Both the position numbers and the translations under genes were made by a program. The notes under the pieces are model-generated. The model did not search any database, was not told the DNA's origin, and saw only the letters and a list, made by a program, of their open reading frames with translations. Of a DNA stretch of 41,733 bases, positions 9,960-21,262 are shown in pieces. Position 1 is the first letter of the stretch. The number at the start of each line of letters is the position of its first letter. Source of the DNA: Octopus bimaculoides (lineage: Eukaryota); NCBI RefSeq assembly GCF_001194135.2, contig NC_068997.1:29996670-30038402 (forward strand), written 5' to 3'.

Positions 9960-12900
9960 CACGATGTTATTTCTGACAACTATATCCGGCCTGTTGGCCT
10001 TAATTTCCCTGTGTGTATTGGCATATCCCATAGTATCGCTGCTTTCTCATTTCTGTGACCTATTCTGGCGTGTGCTTATGCCATCTTTGTTCTGTTGCTA
10101 TTTCATAGTGTGAATATATTCCTTCTTAGTCAAGATTGGGCAGCCAGAGACAATATGATTTATTGTTTCTTGTCCATCTCCACATATTCTGCAGTTACAT
10201 GTTATGTTTTTTTTTATGTGTTGGGTAATTTCTGTTGTGGGTGAGGGGCTTTGGTCTTGTGCTGCAATCAAAAGTCCAGTATTTATCATGAAGGGGCTTT
10301 TCTTGCCATCGTTTTATCATGATCCGTTGCTGTTCTAGTCTTAGTTTGGATTTCATTTGTTTTACAGCTTTTGTTGTTTCTTCTTTTTCTTCATAGTTGT
10401 TAGGTAGTATGACTTCATGTTTGTATTTGTCAGCTTCCTTAAAGACTGAAAACAGTTTTTTGTTTTGTTCATTTTTTGTGACTATTTGTATTAGTTTTCT
10501 TTGCTTCTGAAGTAGATATTTTTGCAGTCCTATGATGGTTATTTTGCAATAGTATTCTAGCTGTATAAGGCCTCTACCACCTTCTATACGTAGTATGTAT
10601 AATCATTCTATGTCAGATTTTGGGTGGTGCATCCTAAATCCTGTCATTATTTTCTTGTTTTCCATTATTTTTCTTGTTTTATTTTTCTTGTTTTTTTTAT
10701 TTTGATTACTTCATTTAGTGTCCAGTTAAGGATATTGTAGCTGTAACTTATAACTGGGTCGGCTAAAGTGTTGATACCTATTATCTTGTTTTTCACATTG
10801 AGCTCTGTTTTCAGTATTAATCTAACTCATCAATAGTATTCCTTTTTATCTTCTTTTTCATTTGTGTGTGTTGTATCGTACCTAGTTCATAGGTTCCTAA
10901 ATATTTATATGCCTGGCTTTTGTCTACTTCTCTTGTTTCATTAGCCTTATCTAGTGTGATGTTGCTACTCATAACTAGTTTTCCTCATTTGAAGAATGCT
11001 TTGGCACAATTTTTCTAAGCCAAATTTCATGTTTATTTCTATGGTAAATCCATGCTCTGCCTGTTGTAATGTTTCGAGGTGTTTACCATTTTTAGCGTAC
11101 AGTTTTAGGTCATCCATATATAAGAGGTAGGTGATTGTTTTACCGTAACAGTTGTATCCGCATCCAGTTCTGTTTATCATGTCAGATAAAGGTGTCAGTG
11201 CCAAGCAGAAAAGGAGTGGAGAGAGCGTGTCGCCCTGGAATATTTTTCTTCTAATGGGGATGGTATTGGTTTTTATGAGTCCCTCTTGTGTTTGGAGCTG
11301 TGGCACTGTCTGCCATTTATTCATAGAGTGATTAATATATTTTATGATTATTGTGCTACCTTGTTCATGGCTAGTGTTTCTAGGATCCATGTGTGGGGAA
11401 TACTATCAAAAGCCTTTCGATGCAGGCCATACTTAGACCTTTCTTCTTTCTGCGGCTGTCTTCAGTTATAGCTTTATTGAACACTAGTTGGTGTACCCGA
11501 TAATTCCCGGGAGTATAGATGTTCTATTGAAATGCCTTATTACTCTGATATAAGAAAGTAATTTCGTTATAATTTCTACAAAAAGTGTATTTTCCGTCAC
11601 GAAAAAGTACAAAAAACAGTCTGCTGGAGGAAGGAGAAAATTGACGAGAGAGGTCTTCGGAGGTTGGCGAGAAAGATTGTCGGATGTTGGTGAGAGAGGT
11701 TGTCGGAAGTTGGCGAGAGGCAAAGACATTATTCTGCTTAGGAGATGTATAACTGCTGTCATTCACAGAAATGAAGTCTTTAAGGTTTAAGATTCAAATG
11801 AAGGAAGTGCAATATTAACGTTTAGCAGTTCAAAACTGTGAGTAATGAAATGCAGAATCAGGTCGGCTAATCGTGAGAATCAGATATTGATCGCTTCGCT
11901 AAAATCTGCAGGTGGTATGGGTTATTTCCCTTGGGTTGTTTAAATAAAATATTAGTAATATGTAGAAGATAGAAGGATCCATTGGAAGTGCCCTATTATC
12001 GATTTTTTTCAGCAATCTAAGTATGTCAAGAGGTTTCCAGACATGAGTTCTACTCACGTGTCAAATAAAGTATAAAAGTGATATTGTCTGCAAAAATTAG
12101 AAATAGGACACACAAAAAATCAGTATTCAAAGTAATCGAACATGAACAATGAAATGAGTTATTTTCCTGGAGTGTTTAAAAACATATTGTACAGGTGCTA
12201 TGGGTTATACCCCTTAGGTGTTTAAAACATTAGTGATATGAGTCAGATAAAAAGGTCCCTTTCAGGGGCCGTATTATCGAATTTTCAACAATCTAAGTAT
12301 GTTACGAGGTTTCCAGACATGAGTTCTACTCACGTGTCAAGTTTCATCAAAATATGTTCTTGTCAGATATTTTAACCAGAAGTTGGGGATCTTATCAGGT
12401 GTTATCCAGTTATTTAGTTTGTGCCTGGGTGACCTCTTCAGTTGTTATAGGGGTCCAGAGTTGTTCAGGTGCTGAGTTCGTTGTTTTAATAGTCCTTTTC
12501 TGAGGTTGTTCCTTTGCCGACCATATTTCTTTCGAAAATTCTTCCACTTCTGCTGTTGGTGCTGCATTGGTATCTATTTTATTTTTGCCAAGCTGGAGTT
12601 AAACTGTTTGTTTTGTTCAAAGAAACGTTGGCGTTTCTCATACCGGCGGATCCTTTGTGCTTTGGTAAGGATATCTTGCTTTAGCTGTTCTTTTACCTCA
12701 AGTAAACCTATTTCTGTAATGTTGTATTTGCACAGTATTTTTGTTCTTTTCTTGTTGCTTAGTAGTGTTGATTGTCTACTAGTTTCGTTAAGGATTAACA
12801 GATCCTTTCTCTTGTTTTCTATTTTTTTCTGGATATTATTTATCCACAGGGTTTGTTTGGGTGGTGGTACTCCTGTTTGGATGGGTTTGAGGGAGTATCC

Positions 12901-14050
12901 AGCTTCATTTGTGACCACAGTGGCTGCTGCATATATTATGTCATTTAGTTCGGTGACATTGACATTTGTTTCTGTGGCTATTAGTTCTGTGGCGGCCAGG
13001 TTCATGCTATTTATAATTGACGCTGTTTTAGTATCAATTTTAATTTGTGGGAGGTACAATCGGTAGTCCATACTGAGATCTGTGGCTTTCAGTTCTTTGA
13101 TTATGCTCATTTTTAGAGTATCATAGTCATTAGGTTCCCCTTCAATGTTTCCAGGTTTTAGATTTGTTTTTCCTTCCTTCCCATTCATATGTTTGTCTGT
13201 GGTGTTCTGGTTTGGTGTCTTTTGCTCATCATTATACATTGCTACTGTCTGGGTTTGTTGTCTTCTGTTGTTTACTTCGCTTTTGTTGGAAATGTTACGT
13301 CTGTCTTTGTGTTTTACAGTCCCAGTGCTTATGATATTATTTGGCATTGATGTGTGGTTACTATCTACGTTTTCCTGATGTATTTTTCCTTTTAAGTGTT
13401 ATATTTCTATTTTTGATATTTTGTTTTGTTTTGAGAATATATATTCATATGTTAGCTAGTTTATTAGGGTTCATTGCTGTATCTAAGTCTTTATTTAGGT
13501 TATTTTTCTTCCGGGTTTCATATGTATATGTTGTGGTGTTTTCGTTCTTTGGGTAGAGCACTGCTCTAAAATATGCGTAGAGGATTGAAATATATTCCTC
13601 ACGTGTCCATTTATGCTTTTTTGATTTTACTTGCGCGACATGCGGCCCTTTATTCTGACGGTCATCATTTTCGTAGGGCCCGTTCATTCCTGGTGTTAAA
13701 TTGTTTTGCATATGTAGTTTTTCGTACTTTTTGTGTAACAAGCTTAAAGTACGTACTTCCCGAATATTATTCTTGGGTTGAATAATACCGGTATTATCTA
13801 ATCTATTAAAAAAATTAGCACATGGTGTTTGGGAAAGGAGATGATCTGGTGCTGATGGGATCGTAATGTGGCGGGTGTGTTTACATGTACTGTGAGAGCA
13901 GTGGAGATGATATACAGTTAAAATACATAATTTCATTTGGAAAATAGAAATAAATTTCATTGAGTATTACTTACTCGGATATAGTCTAACCCTTTGTCAG
14001 CTATTTTTAGTTCCATGTGATGTCTTTATTCCCGATGTTTTTGGAGAGAT
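9960..14050 (-). mobile_element. Near full-length degenerate R4/Dong-clade LINE, interrupted at 11473-12353
   Basis: N-terminal KKHKWTREE..MNPNKLAN (13445-13960); RT FQGDTLSPLLFCLAL..LYMDDLKLY (10965-11390); knuckle CRICGDGQETINHIVSGC (10098-10289); ANRPDIVV near 9970-10000. Confidence 0.9.
11473..12353. mobile_element. Non-coding insertion with internal repeats, possibly a non-autonomous Helitron/Helentron-like element
   Basis: Interrupts the LINE RT region; starts ACTAG..ACCCG..CCCGGG like 37584; contains 3 x 23-bp repeat (11646-11714) and ~155-bp direct repeats (~11908-12065, ~12190-12345). Confidence 0.4.
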
Positions 14051-14108
14051 TTCTTCTTCTTCTTCTTCTTCTTCTTCTTCTTCTTCTTCTTCTTCTTCTT
14101 CTTCTTCT
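14051..14108. repeat. (TTC)n microsatellite abutting the LINE 5' end
   Basis: Direct reading. Confidence 0.95.
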
Positions 14109-14947
14109 NNNNNNNNNNNNNNNNNNNNNNNNNNNNNNNNNNNNNNNNNNNNNNNNNNNNNNNNNNNNNNNNNNNNNNNNNNNNNNNNNNNNNNNNNNNN
14201 NNNNNNNNNNNNNNNNNNNNNNNNNNNNNNNNNNNNNNNNNNNNNNNNNNNNNNNNNNNNNNNNNNNNNNNNNNNNNNNNNNNNNNNNNNNNNNNNNNNN
14301 NNNNNNNNNNNNNNNNNNNNNNNNNNNNNNNNNNNNNNNNNNNNNNNNNNNNNNNNNNNNNNNNNNNNNNNNNNNNNNNNNNNNNNNNNNNNNNNNNNNN
14401 NNNNNNNNNNNNNNNNNNNNNNNNNNNNNNNNNNNNNNNNNNNNNNNNNNNNNNNNNNNNNNNNNNNNNNNNNNNNNNNNNNNNNNNNNNNNNNNNNNNN
14501 NNNNNNNNNNNNNNNNNNNNNNNNNNNNNNNNNNNNNNNNNNNNNNNNNNNNNNNNNNNNNNNNNNNNNNNNNNNNNNNNNNNNNNNNNNNNNNNNNNNN
14601 NNNNNNNNNNNNNNNNNNNNNNNNNNNNNNNNNNNNNNNNNNNNNNNNNNNNNNNNNNNNNNNNNNNNNNNNNNNNNNNNNNNNNNNNNNNNNNNNNNNN
14701 NNNNNNNNNNNNNNNNNNNNNNNNNNNNNNNNNNNNNNNNNNNNNNNNNNNNNNNNNNNNNNNNNNNNNNNNNNNNNNNNNNNNNNNNNNNNNNNNNNNN
14801 NNNNNNNNNNNNNNNNNNNNNNNNNNNNNNNNNNNNNNNNNNNNNNNNNNNNNNNNNNNNNNNNNNNNNNNNNNNNNNNNNNNNNNNNNNNNNNNNNNNN
14901 NNNNNNNNNNNNNNNNNNNNNNNNNNNNNNNNNNNNNNNNNNNNNNN

Positions 14948-14988
<41 letters not shown>

Positions 14989-14991
14989 GTA

Positions 14992-15863
14992 CAGCGTGTC
15001 CCAAAAGTCACTATACACTTTCTTTCTTCTATTTCGTTTCAGGTATCATTCGGAGAGACATGAGGCCATCAACATTTAACATCATAGGCTTTGCAGTTTT
15101 TGTAATTGTATCATTTCCTTGCCCCATGGCACACCATACCATCAGCTTTGGAGAGTCTGGTTCATGTTCGAGAATTTCTGCTAGCTTTGATTTTCCCCAA
15201 ATTCAACAATTGTGTTGGTTTACCCGACCAGAGAGATGAAAGATAGACGCATCGCTGAACCATACGTTTTCTAAGAACTGAGAGTCGTTTTGGTAATGGT
15301 AGAGGAGTGATTAACACATTTCCAGACCACGAGCATCATAATCTTCCGCTTGAAGTCTTTGAAGAACCTCATGTTAGTATAGACAGAGCTTTATCACTCT
15401 CTGAAGCATCTACTGAATCAAGCTTTTGTTGATGCTAAGTTCCAGTGCAGTCCTCCTGATGAATTTCCTCTGGCTTTTAGTGAACGCCTGCATCAGAAGT
15501 TCGGTGTTGTTATCAATGGTAGTAGTAGAAGGCGTTCCGCTTCGTGGTTTGTCAAGAACATATCCTTTTTCGAGAAAATTGCTACGGATAGCATAAATTG
15601 TGCTACGCGTTAGAGCAGCATGACGGCCATGAACTCTCTCAAACGTGCGATGAACCACAGTAGGGGACTGACAAAATTCCTGCCAGGCAGTAATTTTGCA
15701 ACGTTGCTCTAACGTCAATTGGCAAGCCATGGTCAAGGGAATGATACACTTACAAAAACTGCAAAGCCTAAGGTGTCAAATGCTAATGGCCTCACGTCAC
15801 TCCAAATGATAACTGAAACGAAATAGAAAGAAGAAAGCTTATAATGACTTTTGGGACACCCTG
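14992..15863 (-). mobile_element. Internally deleted Tc1/mariner-superfamily transposon with ~139-bp TIRs
   Basis: TIRs 14992-15130 and 15726-15863 (CAG.GTGTCCCAAAAGTCA); inserted in (TA)n; HTH ORF 15410-15736 with KPRSG.P motif (DUF4817-like N-terminus). Confidence 0.88.
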
Positions 15864-16781
15864 CATATATATNNNNNNNNNNNNNNNNNNNNNNNNNNNN
15901 NNNNNNNNNNNNNNNNNNNNNNNNNNNNNNNNNNNNNNNNNNNNNNNNNNNNNNNNNNNNNNNNNNNNNNNNNNNNNNNNNNNNNNNNNNNNNNNNNNNN
16001 NNNNNNNNNNNNNNNNNNNNNNNNNNNNNNNNNNNNNNNNNNNNNNNNNNNNNNNNNNNNNNNNNNNNNNNNNNNNNNNNNNNNNNNNNNNNNNNNNNNN
16101 NNNNNNNNNNNNNNNNNNNNNNNNNNNNNNNNNNNNNNNNNNNNNNNNNNNNNNNNNNNNNNNNNNNNNNNNNNNNNNNNNNNNNNNNNNNNNNNNNNNN
16201 NNNNNNNNNNNNNNNNNNNNNNNNNNNNNNNNNNNNNNNNNNNNNNNNNNNNNNNNNNNNNNNNNNNNNNNNNNNNNNNNNNNNNNNNNNNNNNNNNNNN
16301 NNNNNNNNNNNNNNNNNNNNNNNNNNNNNNNNNNNNNNNNNNNNNNNNNNNNNNNNNNNNNNNNNNNNNNNNNNNNNNNNNNNNNNNNNNNNNNNNNNNN
16401 NNNNNNNNNNNNNNNNNNNNNNNNNNNNNNNNNNNNNNNNNNNNNNNNNNNNNNNNNNNNNNNNNNNNNNNNNNNNNNNNNNNNNNNNNNNNNNNNNNNN
16501 NNNNNNNNNNNNNNNNNNNNNNNNNNNNNNNNNNNNNNNNNNNNNNNNNNNNNNNNNNNNNNNNNNNNNNNNNNNNNNNNNNNNNNNNNNNNNNNNNNNN
16601 NNNNNNNNNNNNNNNNNNNNNNNNNNNNNNNNNNNNNNNNNNNNNNNNNNNNNNNNNNNNNNNNNNNNNNNNNNNNNNNNNNNNNNNNNNNNNNNNNNNN
16701 NNNNNNNNNNNNNNNNNNNNNNNNNNNNNNNNNNNNNNNNNNNNNNNNNNNNNNNNNNNNNNNNNNNNNNNNNNNNNNNNN

Positions 16782-18393
16782 TATAGTAATTCTCTTGCCC
16801 CAAATATAAACAACCATACAGCTGATCTGAGACGAGATAAGAGTTGGGGTACGGTTTCCCATAACGTACCGGTAAGTTGACTTACGGTCAATTCCAAGCA
16901 GATTCCAAGCACATGGCTGAAAAACAATAAAATGCACTGTTATAACATCAAATTTAAACTAGGAGTCGTAGCAAACACAAAAGACCACGGTAATAGGGGA
17001 GCCTGCTGGGTATTTTGGTCCACCACCAACCGAGAAAAAAAAATGCTAAGACTAGGAGGAAACAGGAAGAGTAGCTACAAGTTGCTAAACGTAGTAAACA
17101 CCGCCACCGTAGGGGAGTCGTAAAGTGGTCTGAACGAGAAGAAGAATTAAAAACATGGGTTTTAGACCAAAGAAAATCGAGCTTTTCAGTATCCACTAAA
17201 ATGATTATGTACCGTTCAAGACTTATAGCAATGCACAGAGATATCAACGATTTTAAAGGGTAAACATCACGATGTTCCATGTCCTTTGAATAGGAAGATC
17301 AAATACTTAAGTTTCATAGGTACGCCATCTGTGCAAGAAAGCAAGTTAATTTGGAACTTTCACAGATAGTGAATATGGCCGAAAGCTGTGACATTTGATG
17401 TGCCATCAAACAAGGCAGTAGAAACCAAGGGGTGCTAAAGCTCTGACTGTTAAATTATGTGGCTAGGAAAAGACACGCTACGCAGTTGTATTATCATGCT
17501 GCGCTGATGGGACGAACATTTCACCTTTTTTAATTTTTAAAAGAAAGACATAGCCTTAAAAAAGGATTCCCAATGGTATTTATGTTCATGTCCATCGAAA
17601 AGGTCGGAAGGATGAGGGAGGAATGAAATCCTGACTTGATAAAGAGTGGTCCTGGCGTCCTGGTGGACTGTTAAAGAAACCTGCTTTATTAGTTTGAGAC
17701 CAGTTTCGAGCTCATAGAACTGAGTATGTTAAGAGAAAACTTGGAGAACTGAAGACCCAGTTAGCTACAGTCCCAGCCTAACCAACTATAATTCTGGGAG
17801 GCCTAACCAGTGGTAATTCCAGGTGGCCTAACCAGTCTTTAAATGTTTCAGTCAATAAAAAAAAACCTAAAAGATTCCTACGGGTGGGGTGGAGCAAGTG
17901 GATTCAGTCTTCAGATTTTGAAGTAACACCAACAGGAAGAAGGAAGAGGCCTAATATTACACAGGTGTGTGATTGGGTAGAAAGTTCATGGAATGGTGTA
18001 AAAGAAGAGGATGCTGTGAAACTACTTTAAAAAATCTGGCATTAGTAATGCCCTTGATTGGTTTCTCCCAGTTTTTATCTGTATATTTGCTTTTTGTTTG
18101 CATGGATCAGGATTCATTAATACCAATATTTCTCTTTCGTTATGGCAAATTAATTTAGTTTCCTTTAAAGGTGAGTGTAAAGCTGCATATGATTTCATAC
18201 TTTATTCCTCTGTACTGTCACATTATTGTATTTCATGTGCAGAATCATGCAGTTATCCCCACAAAACCACTTTAAAGTATCTTTCAATAGATCTGTGATG
18301 AAACATACTAAAATTGTTGTTTTCTGAAAAATATCCTTGGAAAATAGGGATGCGTCTTATGTGAAGGTGCGTGCAATGCGACGGAAAATACGG
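16782..18393 (+). mobile_element. Degenerate pogo-family (Passer-like) DNA transposon upstream of copy C
   Basis: Brinker-like FKLGVV..HGNR, CENP-B-like KWSE..ELK.WVLDQR, DDE remnants (RPGGLLKKP, DQFRAH); right TIR ...GGAAAATACGG at 18393; left end probably in the gap. Confidence 0.8.
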
Positions 18394-18418
18394 CATATAT
18401 ATATACATATACATACTT

Positions 18419-18455
<37 letters not shown>

Positions 18456-18505
18456 CACGCACACATACACACACATACATACACACATGCATACGCACAC
18501 ATACA

Positions 18506-18545
<40 letters not shown>

Positions 18546-18764
18546 TACACACACACAAACCTATATAGATCGTATTAGCAATTATATTTCATGGATGGGC
18601 TTTATGAATATTTTAATGCAGCGCTACGCGAGTTTCCACAAATCACGTATTACTTGTGATCATTGTCCGTATTCCGGAGATGATTACGGTATATTCCATA
18701 GTATGATCGACATCGGGTGGATCATAGTTTCTGCGTTCTTTCATCATTTCTTTTTCCATTTCAG

Positions 18765-18851
18765 AACTTTGGAATGATTTCAATCAGTCACATACATTGG
18801 AGGACATCAACGCCGCAGGATGTGCTTTCGGTTCCTATTTTATCCTTGATA
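18765..18851 (+). CDS. Copy C linker exon, identical in sequence to the copy A linker exon
   Basis: Same CAG acceptor and GTAAGA donor, 87 nt, phase 1-1. Confidence 0.75.
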
Positions 18852-19571
18852 GTAAGACCGTCATTTTTATTTAGTTGTTTATTTTTAGTGTTCTTTGATT
18901 CTGTGTCTTGTTCCTGATCTTTAATTCACCGATCTTCTGTCTCCAGTGCACGCACATCGAACAAAACTGAAGATTTTAAATATCTCTTTCTTCTGCAACG
19001 CAAAAGATAAAGAAATTTATAAATATCGCTTTCTTCTTCATCGCATGATTATTTCTACTTAGCGTCTTAATTTTTAGTTAAATAGATAATAAATAAATTA
19101 ATAATTAATAGTCTTGCAAAAAAGATGTAGTAAAACAAACACACAAGTACATTTAAAATCTGGCAGATGGGTTAATATTAATCCTCGTTGTCAATAAAAA
19201 TCTCAACACGCTTCATTAATAACTTGTTCAAAAATACCCCAATACATCTCGCTGGTAATACGAGAACCTCTCTACCTCAAAGATAACCAGCCACATGCCC
19301 CTTCTCCTTCTCCCCTCATATATGCAATTTCACTAGCCAGATCCTGCATTAATTATTATTCCCAATCCTTCCTTTCTAGATTAGGCAACACTCAGTAACT
19401 TCCTAATCTTTAGCAAACCTAAAGATTCCAAACGGAACATTCATAACATCAATCTACCGAATCAGTAGACCATATCTATTCTTTCGCGTTTTACGTTGTC
19501 AGTCTAGAGCAATAATTTATTTCGTTCTTATATTTATTGTGTTTCCTCTTTCAATTTCTTTTCTGTTGCAG

Positions 19572-19762
19572 AAAAAGAGATTAATGATCTGACAGCTTAT
19601 TCAACTTTTTCCTTCAAACAAAATCCATATCTCTACCTTCAAACCGAGGCCCAAATGGATGCTCACTCGGTTCTGGATTGTTCACGGTTATGTATGATAT
19701 CTTCTACATGTATCGCCTTTTCATATACTAACACTAAGTGCTTACTAAAGAAACTGACCTGA
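19572..19762 (+). CDS. Copy C terminal PAN-like exon (KEINDLTAYSTF...CSRLCMISSTCIAFSYTNTKCLLKKLT*); absent from the ORF track
   Basis: TTTTCTGTTGCAG acceptor, 191 nt like A and B, open frame, four Cys, TGA 19760-19762. Confidence 0.8.
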
Positions 19763-19875
19763 ACTTTAATGGAATTCACCCAAAAATTATTTACTTCACA
19801 ATGAAATGTGAGCAAGACTTCAAAGGATCACGTTTGCTAATAATAATTATATAAAATAAAAAGTGTTTCTTTGTG

Positions 19876-19881
19876 AATAAA
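19876..19881 (+). promoter_or_regulatory. Polyadenylation signal, copy C
   Basis: AATAAA at the position homologous to 4271. Confidence 0.55.
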
Positions 19882-20949
19882 ATCAATTTAATTCAGATAA
19901 TTATTTTGTTAATTTATATTTATTACTAACGTTTTTCCTTTCAAATTAGTCTCTCTTATACATCCATTCACACATTTGAAGGTTTATAAGATTAGTAAAT
20001 TTACCCAAGTAACTCTGGAGAACTTAGGTTTTATCTAATCGACCTTCAAAAAATGAAACATAAAGTTAACNNNNNNNNNNNNNNNNNNNNNNNNNNNNNN
20101 NNNNNNNNNNNNNNNNNNNNNNNNNNNNNNNNNNNNNNNNNNNNNNNNNNNNNNNNNNNNNNNNNNNNNNNNNNNNNNNNNNNNNNNNNNNNNNNNNNNN
20201 NNNNNNNNNNNNNNNNNNNNNNNNNNNNNNNNNNNNNNNNNNNNNNNNNNNNNNNNNNNNNNNNNNNNNNNNNNNNNNNNNNNNNNNNNNNNNNNNNNNN
20301 NNNNNNNNNNNNNNNNNNNNNNNNNNNNNNNNNNNNNNNNNNNNNNNNNNNNNNNNNNNNNNNNNNNNNNNNNNNNNNNNNNNNNNNNNNNNNNNNNNNN
20401 NNNNNNNNNNNNNNNNNNNNNNNNNNNNNNNNNNNNNNNNNNNNNNNNNNNNNNNNNNNNNNNNNNNNNNNNNNNNNNNNNNNNNNNNNNNNNNNNNNNN
20501 NNNNNNNNNNNNNNNNNNNNNNNNNNNNNNNNNNNNNNNNNNNNNNNNNNNNNNNNNNNNNNNNNNNNNNNNNNNNNNNNNNNNNNNNNNNNNNNNNNNN
20601 NNNNNNNNNNNNNNNNNNNNNNNNNNNNNNNNNNNNNNNNNNNNNNNNNNNNNNNNNNNNNNNNNNNNNNNNNNNNNNNNNNNNNNNNNNNNNNNNNNNN
20701 NNNNNNNNNNNNNNNNNNNNNNNNNNNNNNNNNNNNNNNNNNNNNNNNNNNNNNNNNNNNNNNNNNNNNNNNNNNNNNNNNNNNNNNNNNNNNNNNNNNN
20801 NNNNNNNNNNNNNNNNNNNNNNNNNNNNNNNNNNNNNNNNNNNNNNNNNNNNNNNNNNNNNNNNNNNNNNNNNNNNNNNNNNNTGATTAATTTCTCTTGA
20901 AAAGTGACACTATTTGAAATTTAAAGTAAAAAATATTCTATTCTACTCT

Positions 20950-21262
20950 AGACACAAGGCCTGAAATTTTGGGGGAGGTGAGGGCACTCGATTAGATCAA
21001 TCCCAGTACGTAACTGGTACTTAATTTATAGACTCCGAGAGGATTAAAGGCAAAGTCGACCTCGGCCAAATTTGAACTCAGAACGTAAAGGCAGACGAAA
21101 TACGTTAAGCATTTCGCCGGCTTGCTAACGTTTCTTATTTCTTTATTGCCCACAAGGGGCTAAATATAAAGGGGACAAACAAGGACAGACAAAGAAATTA
21201 AGACGATTACATCGACCTAAGCATATCACCCCCGCATGCTAACGTTTCTGCCTGATCGCCAC
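20950..21262 (-). mobile_element. Two adjacent SINE copies with different 3' tails
   Basis: 20950-21134 has the GGCCTTGTG tail; 21135-21262 has the AGCCCCTTGTGGGCAATAAAGAAATAA tail and an internal deletion; absent from the homologous flanks of A and B. Confidence 0.8.

Noticed and set aside
11646-11720. 23-bp repeats as a possible CRISPR array
   Set aside because: Head-to-tail with no spacers, in a eukaryotic context, and no cas genes
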